From a bacterium (GTDB lineage Bacteria; 4484-113; JAFGCY01): DNA of 64,000 nt. Positions 7,984-15,981 of this stretch are shown here, in pieces (within the stretch, counting starts at the first letter, position 1; each line of letters begins with the position of its first letter). The notes under the pieces were generated by a model. It made no database searches. It saw only the letters and a list, made by a program, of their open reading frames with translations, and was not told the DNA's origin. Both the position numbers and the translations under genes were made by a program. The stretch is taken from assembly GCA_041395205.1 (NCBI GenBank), contig JAWLAZ010000002.1, forward strand, positions 119,589 through 183,588. The letters are read 5' to 3'.

Positions 7984-9342
7984 TCAGGCTGTCTCAGCGG
8001 TTCCGGACTGCGGGGACGCAGTGCGGGCCAGCATGAAATAGCCCACGAAACCGGCGATCAGGGAGGCCCCGAGGATTCCCAGCTTGGCCGTTGCCAGCAG
8101 CTCCGCGTCCGCGAAGGCCAGGTTGGCAATGAACAGGCTCATGGTGAAGCCGACGCCACAGAGCATGGCCACGCCGATGATCTGCCCCCAGCCCACCTGG
8201 TCGGGCAGTTCCGCCACGCCGAGCTTCACCGCCAGCCAGGTGAAGGCCGAGACGCCGACGAGCTTGCCGAGCAGCAGCCCACCACCGATGCCGATGGCAA
8301 CGGAATGCCCGGCATGGCTGAGAGCGTCCGCGCCCAGCACCACGCCGGCATTGGCCAGTGCGAAGAGCGGCATCACGAGATAGGCGATCCAGGGCTGGAG
8401 GGCATGCTCGATGCGCTGCAGCGGGGGCTCCACCTGGCTGCAGGCCTTCTCGAGCCCCACCACCCAGTCGTTGCCATGATGCGAGTCATGCGGCGTGTCC
8501 TCCTCGAGTTTCGTGAGCAGGCGGCGGCAGCGGCTGATGAAGTCCGGGACGCGCAGTACGCTCGTGGCCGGGATGGTCAGGGCCACGAGCACTCCGGCGA
8601 TGGTGGCGTGGATCCCGGATTCATGCACGAAGTACCAGGTACAGATCCCGACTACGGCATAGGGCAGCGGGCTGCGCACCCCGGCGCGGTTGAAGATGTA
8701 GGCCAGGGCCAGGCAGCCGGCGGCGGCCAGCAGCATGTTGCCGGCCAGGTTGCCGCTGTAGAAGAAGGCGATCACGAGCACCGCGCCGAGGTCGTCAACG
8801 ATTGCCACCGCAGTCAGGAATACCTTGAGTGCCAGCGGCACGCGGCTGCCGAGCATCGCCATGATCGCCAGGGCGAAGGCGATGTCCGTCGCCATCGGGA
8901 TGCCCCAGCCGTCAGTGAACTCCGTGCCGCGGTTGACGAAGGCGTAGACCAGCGCCGGGAGCAGCATCCCGCCGACCGCGGCGAAGACCGGCAGCATCGC
9001 CCGGCGTACGGTGTTCAGTTCGCCGACGAGCACCTCGCGCTTGATCTCGAGGCCCACGAGGAAGAAGAACAGCGCCATCAGGCCGTCGTTGATCCAGTGG
9101 TAGAGCGGGTGCGTCATCTCGAGCGTGCCGAACTTCACGCCGAGCTTGGTCTTCCAGAGCAGGTAGTAGCTGTCACCCCAGGGGCTGTTGGCCCAGATCA
9201 GCGCGATCACCGCGCAGGCCAGCAGCACGATCCCGCCGCTGCTTTCCATGCGCACGAAGCTCTGGAACTGGGTCTCGACCCGCTCGCGGATATGCTCCAG
9301 CCGGCCCTTGCTGTCATTCATCATGCTGTCATGTTCATGCAT
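7984..9342 (-). CDS. nhaA: Na+/H+ antiporter NhaA
   Basis: 452 aa, polytopic. Contains WINDGLMALFFFLVGLEIKRE and AIVDDLGAVLVIA (the conserved DD pair). GAGGGGAG Shine-Dalgarno upstream. Confidence 0.9.
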   Translation of the reverse strand: MHEHDSMMNDSKGRLEHIRERVETQFQSFVRMESSGGIVLLACAVIALIWANSPWGDSYYLLWKTKLGVKFGTLEMTHPLYHWINDGLMALFFFLVGLEIKREVLVGELNTVRRAMLPVFAAVGGMLLPALVYAFVNRGTEFTDGWGIPMATDIAFALAIMAMLGSRVPLALKVFLTAVAIVDDLGAVLVIAFFYSGNLAGNMLLAAAGCLALAYIFNRAGVRSPLPYAVVGICTWYFVHESGIHATIAGVLVALTIPATSVLRVPDFISRCRRLLTKLEEDTPHDSHHGNDWVVGLEKACSQVEPPLQRIEHALQPWIAYLVMPLFALANAGVVLGADALSHAGHSVAIGIGGGLLLGKLVGVSAFTWLAVKLGVAELPDQVGWGQIIGVAMLCGVGFTMSLFIANLAFADAELLATAKLGILGASLIAGFVGYFMLARTASPQSGTAETA

Positions 9343-9368
9343 TGCTGTACTCCCCTCAAGGATCCCAA

Positions 9369-9866
9369 TCAGCCGAATCCTTCCTCGTCGTGATCTTCAT
9401 CGTCCCATCCCGTGCACAATTCGAACCAGCGATCGTGCATTGCCTGCAGGAATTCATCATCCCCAACGGGCAATCCACTGGAACTGAACAGCACACTGTC
9501 GATCCCGCAGTGTGGACAGAGTGCCGTTGCCTGGGTGTAGTCCCTGCGATCTTCTCCGCGGTCACACCACTTGCGGATTTCTCGGGGCTGGTACACCCGC
9601 AGACAATAGAAACAGCCACAGAGGTCACTTTCCTCAAGCTGGCAATGGTGGCAACTGCTGTGCTTGTGGGCATCGGTCAGGAATCCGAAATCATATTTCT
9701 TCAATCGAGTCCGGTGACCAGGCCATGCCGACACCGGTAAGGATGCAATCGCTTTGACAGGCGCAGCGATCGCGCCAGAATCACCTCTGGCATTGCTGGC
9801 AGGCCAGGCATTGGCAGGCAGCTTCCACCCCGGCTCAAGCCGGAGCTCCGATTGCCCGGCTGACAC
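9369..9866 (-). CDS. Cys-rich zinc-ribbon-like protein of unknown function (start uncertain)
   Basis: The C-terminal ~110 aa carry CHHC-x8-CGCFYC-x15-C-x20-CPHC and an acidic tail DDEDHDEE. The N-terminal ~55 aa of the track ORF are low-complexity. That ORF starts at a GTG inside a direct repeat, so the true start is probably further downstream (GTG/TTG candidates). Confidence 0.5.
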   Translation of the reverse strand: MSAGQSELRLEPGWKLPANAWPASNARGDSGAIAAPVKAIASLPVSAWPGHRTRLKKYDFGFLTDAHKHSSCHHCQLEESDLCGCFYCLRVYQPREIRKWCDRGEDRRDYTQATALCPHCGIDSVLFSSSGLPVGDDEFLQAMHDRWFELCTGWDDEDHDEEGFG

Positions 9867-9904
9867 CTGGCCTCCGAATGCGCCAGGCTGACACCTGGCC
9901 TCCG
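9854..9904. repeat. tandem 23-bp direct repeat (22/23 identical, 28-bp period)
   Basis: GCCCGGCTGACACCTGGCCTCCG (9854-9876) and GCCAGGCTGACACCTGGCCTCCG (9882-9904). The second copy contains the hairpin GCCAGG-ctgaca-CCTGGC. Lies just downstream of the thiolase stop. Confidence 0.8.
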
Positions 9905-9909
9905 TGCTC

Positions 9910-11088
9910 CTAGGCGTCGACCTCGATCAGCACCGCATCGCCCTGGCCGCTGCCGGAGCAGATGCAGGCCACGCCCAGACCACCGCCGCGGCGGCGCAGC
10001 TCGTAAGCCAGGGTCATGATGATGCGCGCGCCGCTCATGCCGATCGGATGGCCGAAGGCCACTGCACCACCGTTGACATTCACCTTGTCAGCGTCCCACT
10101 CGAGGATCTGCCCGCAGGCCAGGGCCACGGCGGCAAAGGCCTCATTGCATTCAATCAGCTTGATGTCACTCATGCTGCGGCCCTGCTCAACAAGCAGCTT
10201 CTGCACGGCGAAGGCCGGGGCCACCGGGAACTGGTAGGGCTTCATGGCGACGTGGGCCTCGCCGAGGATGCGCGCCAGCGGCCGCTTTCCCATTTCCTTC
10301 GCGCGCTCCTCGCTGGCAACGATCAGGGCCGCACCGCCGTCGTTGACACTCGGGGCATTGCCGGCCGTGATCAGTTCCGTGCCGAGCACCGGACGGAGAT
10401 TAGCCAGCACCTCGACCGTCGTGCCCGGACGCGGCTGCTCATCGCGCTCAAACACGAGGGGATCGCCCTTGCGCTGCGGGATCTCCACCGCCGTGATTTC
10501 CTCAGCGAGTCGGCCGCTGTCCATCGCATCCTGGGCCAGGGCCTGGCTGCGGGCACTGAATTCGTCGCAGGCCGCGCGGCTGATCTCATAGTCCTTGCTG
10601 ATGGTGTTGCCATGCATCGCCATGTGCACGCCCTCGAAGGCGCACCACAGGCCGTCATGGATCATCAGGTCCACGAGCTTGCCGTCACCCATGCGCCCGC
10701 CCCAGCGGTGCTGCATGTCGGCATAGGGGGCATTGCTCATGCTCTCGAAGCCGCCCGCCATGAACAGGCTGCCCTGCCCGGCGCGGATCAGCGCGTCGCA
10801 GAGCGTGACGCTGCGCATCCCGGAGGCGCAGACCTTGTTGATGGTGATGCTCGGAGTGCTTTCAGCCAGCCCGCCGCGGATCAGCGCCTGGCGGCTGGGG
10901 ATCTGACCCACGCCGGCACCGAGCACATGGCCCATGATCACGTCATCAAAGGCATCCGCCGCGATTCCGTTGCGCTCAACCAGCGTCCGGATGCAGTGGG
11001 CGCCGAGATCGGGGGCGCTGATGTCCTTCAGCGTGCCGCCGAATGCGCCGATTGCGGTGCGGGTTGCGTCGATGATTACGGATGCCAT
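9910..11088 (-). CDS. acetyl-CoA C-acetyltransferase (thiolase II)
   Basis: Starts MASVIIDATRTAIGAFGG. Contains NKVCASGMRSV (active-site Cys), NEAFAAV, NVNGGAVAFGHPIGMSGARI and CSGSGQGDA. The start is moved from 11217 to the ATG at 11088, which has AGGAG 6 nt upstream. Confidence 0.9.
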   Translation of the reverse strand: MASVIIDATRTAIGAFGGTLKDISAPDLGAHCIRTLVERNGIAADAFDDVIMGHVLGAGVGQIPSRQALIRGGLAESTPSITINKVCASGMRSVTLCDALIRAGQGSLFMAGGFESMSNAPYADMQHRWGGRMGDGKLVDLMIHDGLWCAFEGVHMAMHGNTISKDYEISRAACDEFSARSQALAQDAMDSGRLAEEITAVEIPQRKGDPLVFERDEQPRPGTTVEVLANLRPVLGTELITAGNAPSVNDGGAALIVASEERAKEMGKRPLARILGEAHVAMKPYQFPVAPAFAVQKLLVEQGRSMSDIKLIECNEAFAAVALACGQILEWDADKVNVNGGAVAFGHPIGMSGARIIMTLAYELRRRGGGLGVACICSGSGQGDAVLIEVDA

Positions 11089-11179
11089 TGCGGATCTCCT
11101 AGATTCCAGGGGTTTGCTGGGACTGATTATACCCAGCGTGTCCGGCGCTTGACCTGTCGCGGCAGGCCTGCAATATGGG

Positions 11180-11962
11180 ATGATTAGCCTGATGACAGAT
11201 GCCAACTTCCGCTTCATGGCCCGCCAGCTGCTGCTGAGCGAACTGGGTGGCCAGCTCGCAGGTGAGGAGAGCGGCCTGATGCTCGGCCACGGTCCGCAGA
11301 TCTGGGTCGGAATCAGCGATATCTACGCCATGGATGATGCCGAGGAAACCGTGGATGCCTGCCGTCAGTTTGCGGCGGACACCGGCGGAAATCTCGCCGG
11401 GATGATCCTGCCCTACGAGCCGGCCATGGGCAGCAGTGAGCGGATCCGTGAACTGGACGAGATGATGTTCCTGCTGGACCTGCCGCGTCGAGAGCAGGGC
11501 GTGCCTGACAATGTACAGACGATGTTCAGCGCCGGCAAGCATGCCGCTCCCGCCGGGCTGGAGCTGCGCCAGGCGGACTGGCAGGATGCTGAGGTGCGCA
11601 GGCTGATGGAGAACGCTGCGGATGCCCAGGAACAGCTCGCCGGTCCGGCACTCGCCACGCATCCCGGCTGGCCGACGCTCCTGGAATGCCATACCCTGAG
11701 CCGCGATGGCAAGGTGCTGGCAGTGGCGGGCACGATTGCCACTGAGCTCTCGGAGCGGCTGTGCTACATCGTGGTGGACCCTGCCCTGCGGCGCCAGGGC
11801 CTGGGCAGGGCTCTGGTCAACAAGCTGACCCAGGCCGCGCATGAGCAGGGACGGATGCTGATGAACTGCTGGACCCAGCGCGGCGGCAAGCTGCGTTACT
11901 TCACGAGCAAGGCGGGGTTCGAGGACAAGCTCAGCATCCGCTGGTACATGCCGGAAAAGTGA
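11180..11962 (+). CDS. GNAT-family N-acetyltransferase with an unknown N-terminal domain
   Basis: 260 aa. The C-terminal half has the acetyl-CoA motif A, IVVDPALRRQGLGRALVNKL. The N-terminal ~150 aa are not recognised. Confidence 0.65.
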   Translation: MISLMTDANFRFMARQLLLSELGGQLAGEESGLMLGHGPQIWVGISDIYAMDDAEETVDACRQFAADTGGNLAGMILPYEPAMGSSERIRELDEMMFLLDLPRREQGVPDNVQTMFSAGKHAAPAGLELRQADWQDAEVRRLMENAADAQEQLAGPALATHPGWPTLLECHTLSRDGKVLAVAGTIATELSERLCYIVVDPALRRQGLGRALVNKLTQAAHEQGRMLMNCWTQRGGKLRYFTSKAGFEDKLSIRWYMPEK

Positions 11963-12595
11963 TCAGATCCCGGCGGTGAGCGGACCGTCGAATTCCACTT
12001 CGCCGGTGACGAGGTTCAGGTTCATGTGCTCGGCGGTCACGTCCACGAAGGGCCCGATGTAGCGGACGGTGTCAGTCTGGACCATATTGCCGTTCTGATC
12101 CCAGACCAGATGCCGCGACTCGAAGAACATGTCGCGCCCCTGCAGCTCGCCGGTGATGGAGCCCTCCACGCGAACGCTGCCTTCCTCGCTGGCGAACAGG
12201 CCGTCGGTGACACTGAGCAGCACCACGCTGTCATCGCGCTGCAGGCGCATCGCCCCTTCCTCCAGGCGGAACTCACTGCCCTCGCGCACGCCCCTGCGCA
12301 CCCAGAGCTTCATCTGCGTACGGCCATCCGGGCCGGTGATCTCGAAGTCGGCATCGTCGACGGAGATTTCACTGGGGGCGAGTTCGGCGAATGTCTGCTC
12401 AGTCTGTTCGGCGGCCTGCTGGGCTTCCTGCTCTTCCTTATCCACAGGCAGGCGCTTGATGGAATCGGGATCGAATTCATTGGCGAGACGGATCGCCTCC
12501 GGTGAGCGCAGCACGAACCACCAGATGAGCAGGCCGAACAGCATGATCAGCGCCAGCCAGCTCAGTCGGTACAGATTGACGATTCCCTTGCGCAT
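11963..12595 (-). CDS. LptC-like (OstA-fold) single-pass periplasmic protein
   Basis: MRKGIVNLYRLSWLALIMLFGLLIWWFVL anchor, an acidic linker, then about 130 aa of beta-rich sequence resembling LptC (FEITGPDG...LWV...LRLEEGAMRL...VWDQNGNMVQTDTVRYIGP...TGEVEF). The start is moved from 12712 to the ATG at 12595. The function is inferred. Confidence 0.5.
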   Translation of the reverse strand: MRKGIVNLYRLSWLALIMLFGLLIWWFVLRSPEAIRLANEFDPDSIKRLPVDKEEQEAQQAAEQTEQTFAELAPSEISVDDADFEITGPDGRTQMKLWVRRGVREGSEFRLEEGAMRLQRDDSVVLLSVTDGLFASEEGSVRVEGSITGELQGRDMFFESRHLVWDQNGNMVQTDTVRYIGPFVDVTAEHMNLNLVTGEVEFDGPLTAGI

Positions 12596-12636
12596 CGTTC
12601 CTGCCGCTCTCACACGGCTGTGATAGTATTGCACCC

Positions 12637-13674
12637 GTGCGCATCGAGGCCGTGAAACTGGAGGGCGAGGATCAGGTTGTCCTGCCCCAGCTTCAGGTGG
12701 CGGATGTGGCACAGCTTGTCAACTCCGAGGTCTTCACCTGGATCGACATCAGCATCAGCAAGACTGACACCGAGCAGTTCAAGACCCTGATGATCGACGA
12801 CCTCGACTTCCACCCGAAGACGGTTGAGGACTGCCTGGAGCTCACGACCCATCTCCAGGCCAAGATGGACGAGGAGCAGGAGTACAAGTTCATTTCCTTC
12901 CTGTACTTCGAGGGCAATCCGCGTGAGCAGCTGGTGGTGCGGGAGCTCAACATCTACTTCTCGCGCACCTATGTGATCACCGTGCATTCCCACGACATCG
13001 AGCAGTTCTCGAAGCTGTTCCGCAGGCCGCCCAGGCATATCGTGGAGTACCGTGAGCGGGCCATCCTGTTCCTGCACCATATCATCGACATGCTGACGGA
13101 CAGCTACACGGGGACGCTGCGCCAGATCCAGAGCTATACCGATGAGCTGGAGTTCGAGGTGTTTGACGCCAAGCGGCCGCGGCTGCGGGCCAATCCCTTC
13201 AGCCGGCGCAAGGACACCACCACGGACATGAAGTTCATCCTGCGCAGCCGCCAGTCGCTGGTGATGATGCGGCGCACGCTGTCCAGTGAAAGCTCGCTGC
13301 TGAACCAGATCATCCGTGAATACAACTACGACGGCGCACCGGAGTCCTCAGAGGAGATCGCGATCTACTTCTCCGACATCCGCGACCACGTGCTGAACTA
13401 CCTGGAGATCATCGAGAGCGAGGACCGCTCGCTCAACCACGTGATGGAGGTCCACAGCCTGATCACGGGCTACCAGACCAACGAGAAGCTCTACATCCTC
13501 ACAATCATGTCGACACTGATGCTGCCGCTGACGCTGATCACCGGCTTCTGGGGCATGAACTTCGACAACCTGTGGTGGAACCACACACCGAACGGGATCT
13601 ACATGGTCGCCCTGCTGATGCTGGCCGTGACCGTTTCGCTGATCGCCTTCTTCCGCAACCGCAACTGGATCTGA
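12637..13674 (+). CDS. corA: CorA-family Mg2+/Co2+ transporter
   Basis: 345 aa. C-terminal LYILTIMSTLMLPLTLITGFWGMNF (GMN signature) plus a second TM segment. GTG start with TAGTAT 7 nt upstream. Confidence 0.85.
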   Translation: MRIEAVKLEGEDQVVLPQLQVADVAQLVNSEVFTWIDISISKTDTEQFKTLMIDDLDFHPKTVEDCLELTTHLQAKMDEEQEYKFISFLYFEGNPREQLVVRELNIYFSRTYVITVHSHDIEQFSKLFRRPPRHIVEYRERAILFLHHIIDMLTDSYTGTLRQIQSYTDELEFEVFDAKRPRLRANPFSRRKDTTTDMKFILRSRQSLVMMRRTLSSESSLLNQIIREYNYDGAPESSEEIAIYFSDIRDHVLNYLEIIESEDRSLNHVMEVHSLITGYQTNEKLYILTIMSTLMLPLTLITGFWGMNFDNLWWNHTPNGIYMVALLMLAVTVSLIAFFRNRNWI

Positions 13675-14673
13675 TCAGCCGTTGCGCTTGCGCAGCAGCG
13701 GCTTGCGGCGGCTGCTGCCCGTGTTGCTGCGCTTGGCCGGGCGGCGCGGTTCATCCACTTCACCGTTGAGCAGGCGGCGGTATTCCCTGAGCCACATCTC
13801 GCGCGCATTCTCTTCCTGCATGCGGTTCAGCACATCGCCATGCGTGGCCGGTACACCGGCGGAACGCGCCAGGTTCACGAGCTGGGTCGGTTCGGCGCTG
13901 GGCACGAGGTCCAGCACGCGCTCGAAGCAGCGCAGGAAGTTCGTGACGGTGATCAGGCTCTCACCCGTGCTGCCGTTGTCACCGACGGGCGTGGCATTGA
14001 CGAGCAGGTCCCAGCGCTTGACGCTGTCCCCGCCACCTTGGTCACGGCGCTTGCTCTTGCGGTAGCTCGGGGGCGGCAGCGGAATGCGGTCCGCGAAGAA
14101 GTCCACATCGTTGATCCAGCCGAAGAAGTTCTTCATGTCCTCGAGCTGGAAGAAGCTGATCTGGCGGCGGATGTCCTTGAACTGGCTGGCGATTTCCGCC
14201 GGACGGCGCGGATGCCCGAAGCCCACCATGTAGCGCGCGCAGTTCATGTTGCGCAGACCGGCCAGGGCCACGCGTGCCGCACCACCGGCGCCGAGCACGA
14301 GGGCCGTACGCACGCGGTCGATGCCCTGCTCACGCAGGTAGTCCACGAAGGCCAGCACGTCGGTGTTCTCACCGTAGACCAGCCCGCTGGGACGGCGCAC
14401 GATGGTGTTCACCGCGCCGAGCCCGCGCGCCGAGGGCGTGATCTCCTGGCAGTAGGCCAGGCTGGGCTGCTTGTAGGGTTCGAGGATCTTCGCACCGAGG
14501 AATTCAGGTTCACTGAGCATGGCGCTCATCTGCTCGTGGAAGTGGGCGGGGTCGATGTCGAGCGTTTCCAGCTCAACCGGCAGTTCCTGTCCGGCGAGCG
14601 CGGCGCGATGCTGCTCCGCAGCGGCTTGCGCCTCGGACTTGGGGCCGATCAGGTACACTTTACGCTTCATCAT
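13675..14673 (-). CDS. shikimate dehydrogenase-family protein, atypical (insertion and basic C-terminal tail)
   Basis: Contains GAVNTIV, GENTDVLAF, VLGAGGAARVA (Rossmann), LVNATPVG. A ~40-aa insertion (DVDFFADRIPLPPPSYRKSKRRDQGGGDS) and the tail RRPAKRSNTGSSRRKPLLRKRNG are not typical of AroE. Confidence 0.7.
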   Translation of the reverse strand: MMKRKVYLIGPKSEAQAAAEQHRAALAGQELPVELETLDIDPAHFHEQMSAMLSEPEFLGAKILEPYKQPSLAYCQEITPSARGLGAVNTIVRRPSGLVYGENTDVLAFVDYLREQGIDRVRTALVLGAGGAARVALAGLRNMNCARYMVGFGHPRRPAEIASQFKDIRRQISFFQLEDMKNFFGWINDVDFFADRIPLPPPSYRKSKRRDQGGGDSVKRWDLLVNATPVGDNGSTGESLITVTNFLRCFERVLDLVPSAEPTQLVNLARSAGVPATHGDVLNRMQEENAREMWLREYRRLLNGEVDEPRRPAKRSNTGSSRRKPLLRKRNG

Positions 14674-14707
14674 TGACCGAGCGCATATTATAGACTGGCG
14701 ATTCCAG

Positions 14708-15421
14708 ATGACACATGTTGATAATGATCAGGGTGGCGTTACCGGCCCGCAGAGCCTCAGCCTCGAATTCGAGGGAAAGCAGTACACGCGCATTCCGATT
14801 CGTACACACATTCTAACGGAAAAGGACGACCCGGCTGCGGTACTTGACCAGTATGTAAGGCCGCACTGGCGCGAGGGGGACGTGGTGTTCCTCGCCGAGA
14901 CCGGGGTCAGCATCATGCAGGGCCGGGCCCGGGACTACCGCAGGATCCACCCGACCCCGATCGCGCGCAAGCTGTCCACGCTGGTCACCAAGTCTCCATA
15001 CGGTGTCGGACTGAGAAGCCCCTACGCCATGCAGTACGCAATCGAGCTGTCCGGCCTGCACCGGATCATCGCCGGCTGCGTCTGGCATGTGTTCGGCCGG
15101 CTGTTCGGCAAGACGGGCTGGTTCTACGCCGCCGCCGGCATCCAGGCCAAGATGATGGACGCCGAGCATACGATGGGCATCCCGGAGTTCTACGAATGCG
15201 TGATCCCGGGACCGGCAGACCCACGCGGCACCTGCATGAAGCTGAAGCAACAGAGCGGCATGGACTGTGCGATCGTGGATGTGAACGACATCTTCCACCC
15301 CTGGTGCATCGGCAGCACCCTGTCACGTGCTGACGAGAAGCTGCTGGAGAACTGCCTGACTGACAACCCGCTCGGGCAGGGCAATGAATGCACGCCCATG
15401 GGAATCTGGCGACGGGGATAG
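14708..15421 (+). CDS. F420-0:gamma-glutamyl ligase (CofE)-like domain protein
   Basis: 237 aa from MTHVDNDQ. Contains REGDVVFLAETGVSIMQGRA, AAAGIQAKMMD, AIVDVND and C-terminal DNPLGQGNECTPMGIWRRG, which resemble the CofE/FbiB N-domain family. The track start at 14519 overlaps the aroE-like gene and is rejected. Confidence 0.6.
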   Translation: MTHVDNDQGGVTGPQSLSLEFEGKQYTRIPIRTHILTEKDDPAAVLDQYVRPHWREGDVVFLAETGVSIMQGRARDYRRIHPTPIARKLSTLVTKSPYGVGLRSPYAMQYAIELSGLHRIIAGCVWHVFGRLFGKTGWFYAAAGIQAKMMDAEHTMGIPEFYECVIPGPADPRGTCMKLKQQSGMDCAIVDVNDIFHPWCIGSTLSRADEKLLENCLTDNPLGQGNECTPMGIWRRG

Positions 15422-15437
15422 GAGGCATAGGGAAGCT

Positions 15438-15517
15438 GGAGGTGCGACACTTGCTGTCGCACAAAGGCGCCAATAAGCCGACAGGGAACATTGTGCGACA
15501 ACAAGTGTCGCACCTCC
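15438..15517. repeat. 80-bp element: two copies of the palindrome GTGCGACA-N5-TGTCGCAC, together forming a 27-bp near-perfect inverted repeat
   Basis: Arm 15438-15464 is GGAGGTGCGACACTTGCTGTCGCACAA. Arm 15491-15517 is TTGTGCGACAACAAGTGTCGCACCTCC. The arms are reverse complements with 26/27 matching. Each arm is itself an 8-N5-8 palindrome (15442-15462 and 15493-15513). Confidence 0.9.
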
Positions 15518-15904
15518 TCCCCTCGGAAAGCAGACGGCCCCGGGTTTGAGCCGGGGCCATCCATCCATTCCTGGAACGTACCCAGACAAGATACGCACCG
15601 ATACAACGCAGTGTCACAGACAGCGTCGGGGCTCCCCCCATTGCGGGAGCTGCTTGCCACCACCAATCGCGGCAGCGCCATGTGTTCCGGTCAGGGCGCG
15701 GATCCCGTTGCCAGGACCCGCTGCGCTGACAACCTGAGGATACCCCTGCCGGCGTGGTCAAAACTCGCATCGGCATCAAGCAGGCGTCAAGCATCGGTCA
15801 AACGATATCGGGGGTTTAAACAGGCGGTGCGAATTAGTGCGGGGAGTTGGAGAACAGGAGCTGCGTGGTGGAATCACCAAATGAAGCAGCTCCCCTCATT
15901 GCTC

Positions 15905-15936
15905 AAAAAAAACCGGGCCACCCGAAGGCAGCCCGG
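15905..15936 (-). terminator. rho-independent terminator of mdh
   Basis: On the reverse strand: CCGGGC-tgccttcgggtg-GCCCGG followed by TTTTTTTT. It lies 46 nt after the mdh stop. Confidence 0.8.
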
Positions 15937-15981
15937 TCCTGCAATCTGCAGTCGTGTCCTCAGTTGGGACAGGCGATTCGC

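Noticed and set aside
15438-15517. Considered whether the twin palindromes are a dif (XerC/D) site, since they lie between convergent genes.
   Set aside because: The conserved ATAA-N6-TTATG core of dif sites is absent. The element is 80 bp with two identical palindromes rather than one 28-bp asymmetric site.
15519-15904. Tested whether the unexplained block is tmRNA, RNase P RNA, SRP (4.5S) RNA, a hammerhead ribozyme or a group II intron fragment.
   Set aside because: Neither strand has a tRNA-like 3' end (GGTTCGAATCC...CCACCA), GGAAAGTCCGGGC/ACAGAACCCGGCTTA, or the GGAA-tetraloop SRP helix. The CUGAGGA at ~15733 lacks a matching GAAA and stem II. GTGCG at the palindromes is not followed by intron domains, and the block is too short. 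The identity remains unknown, so it is reported only as a candidate.
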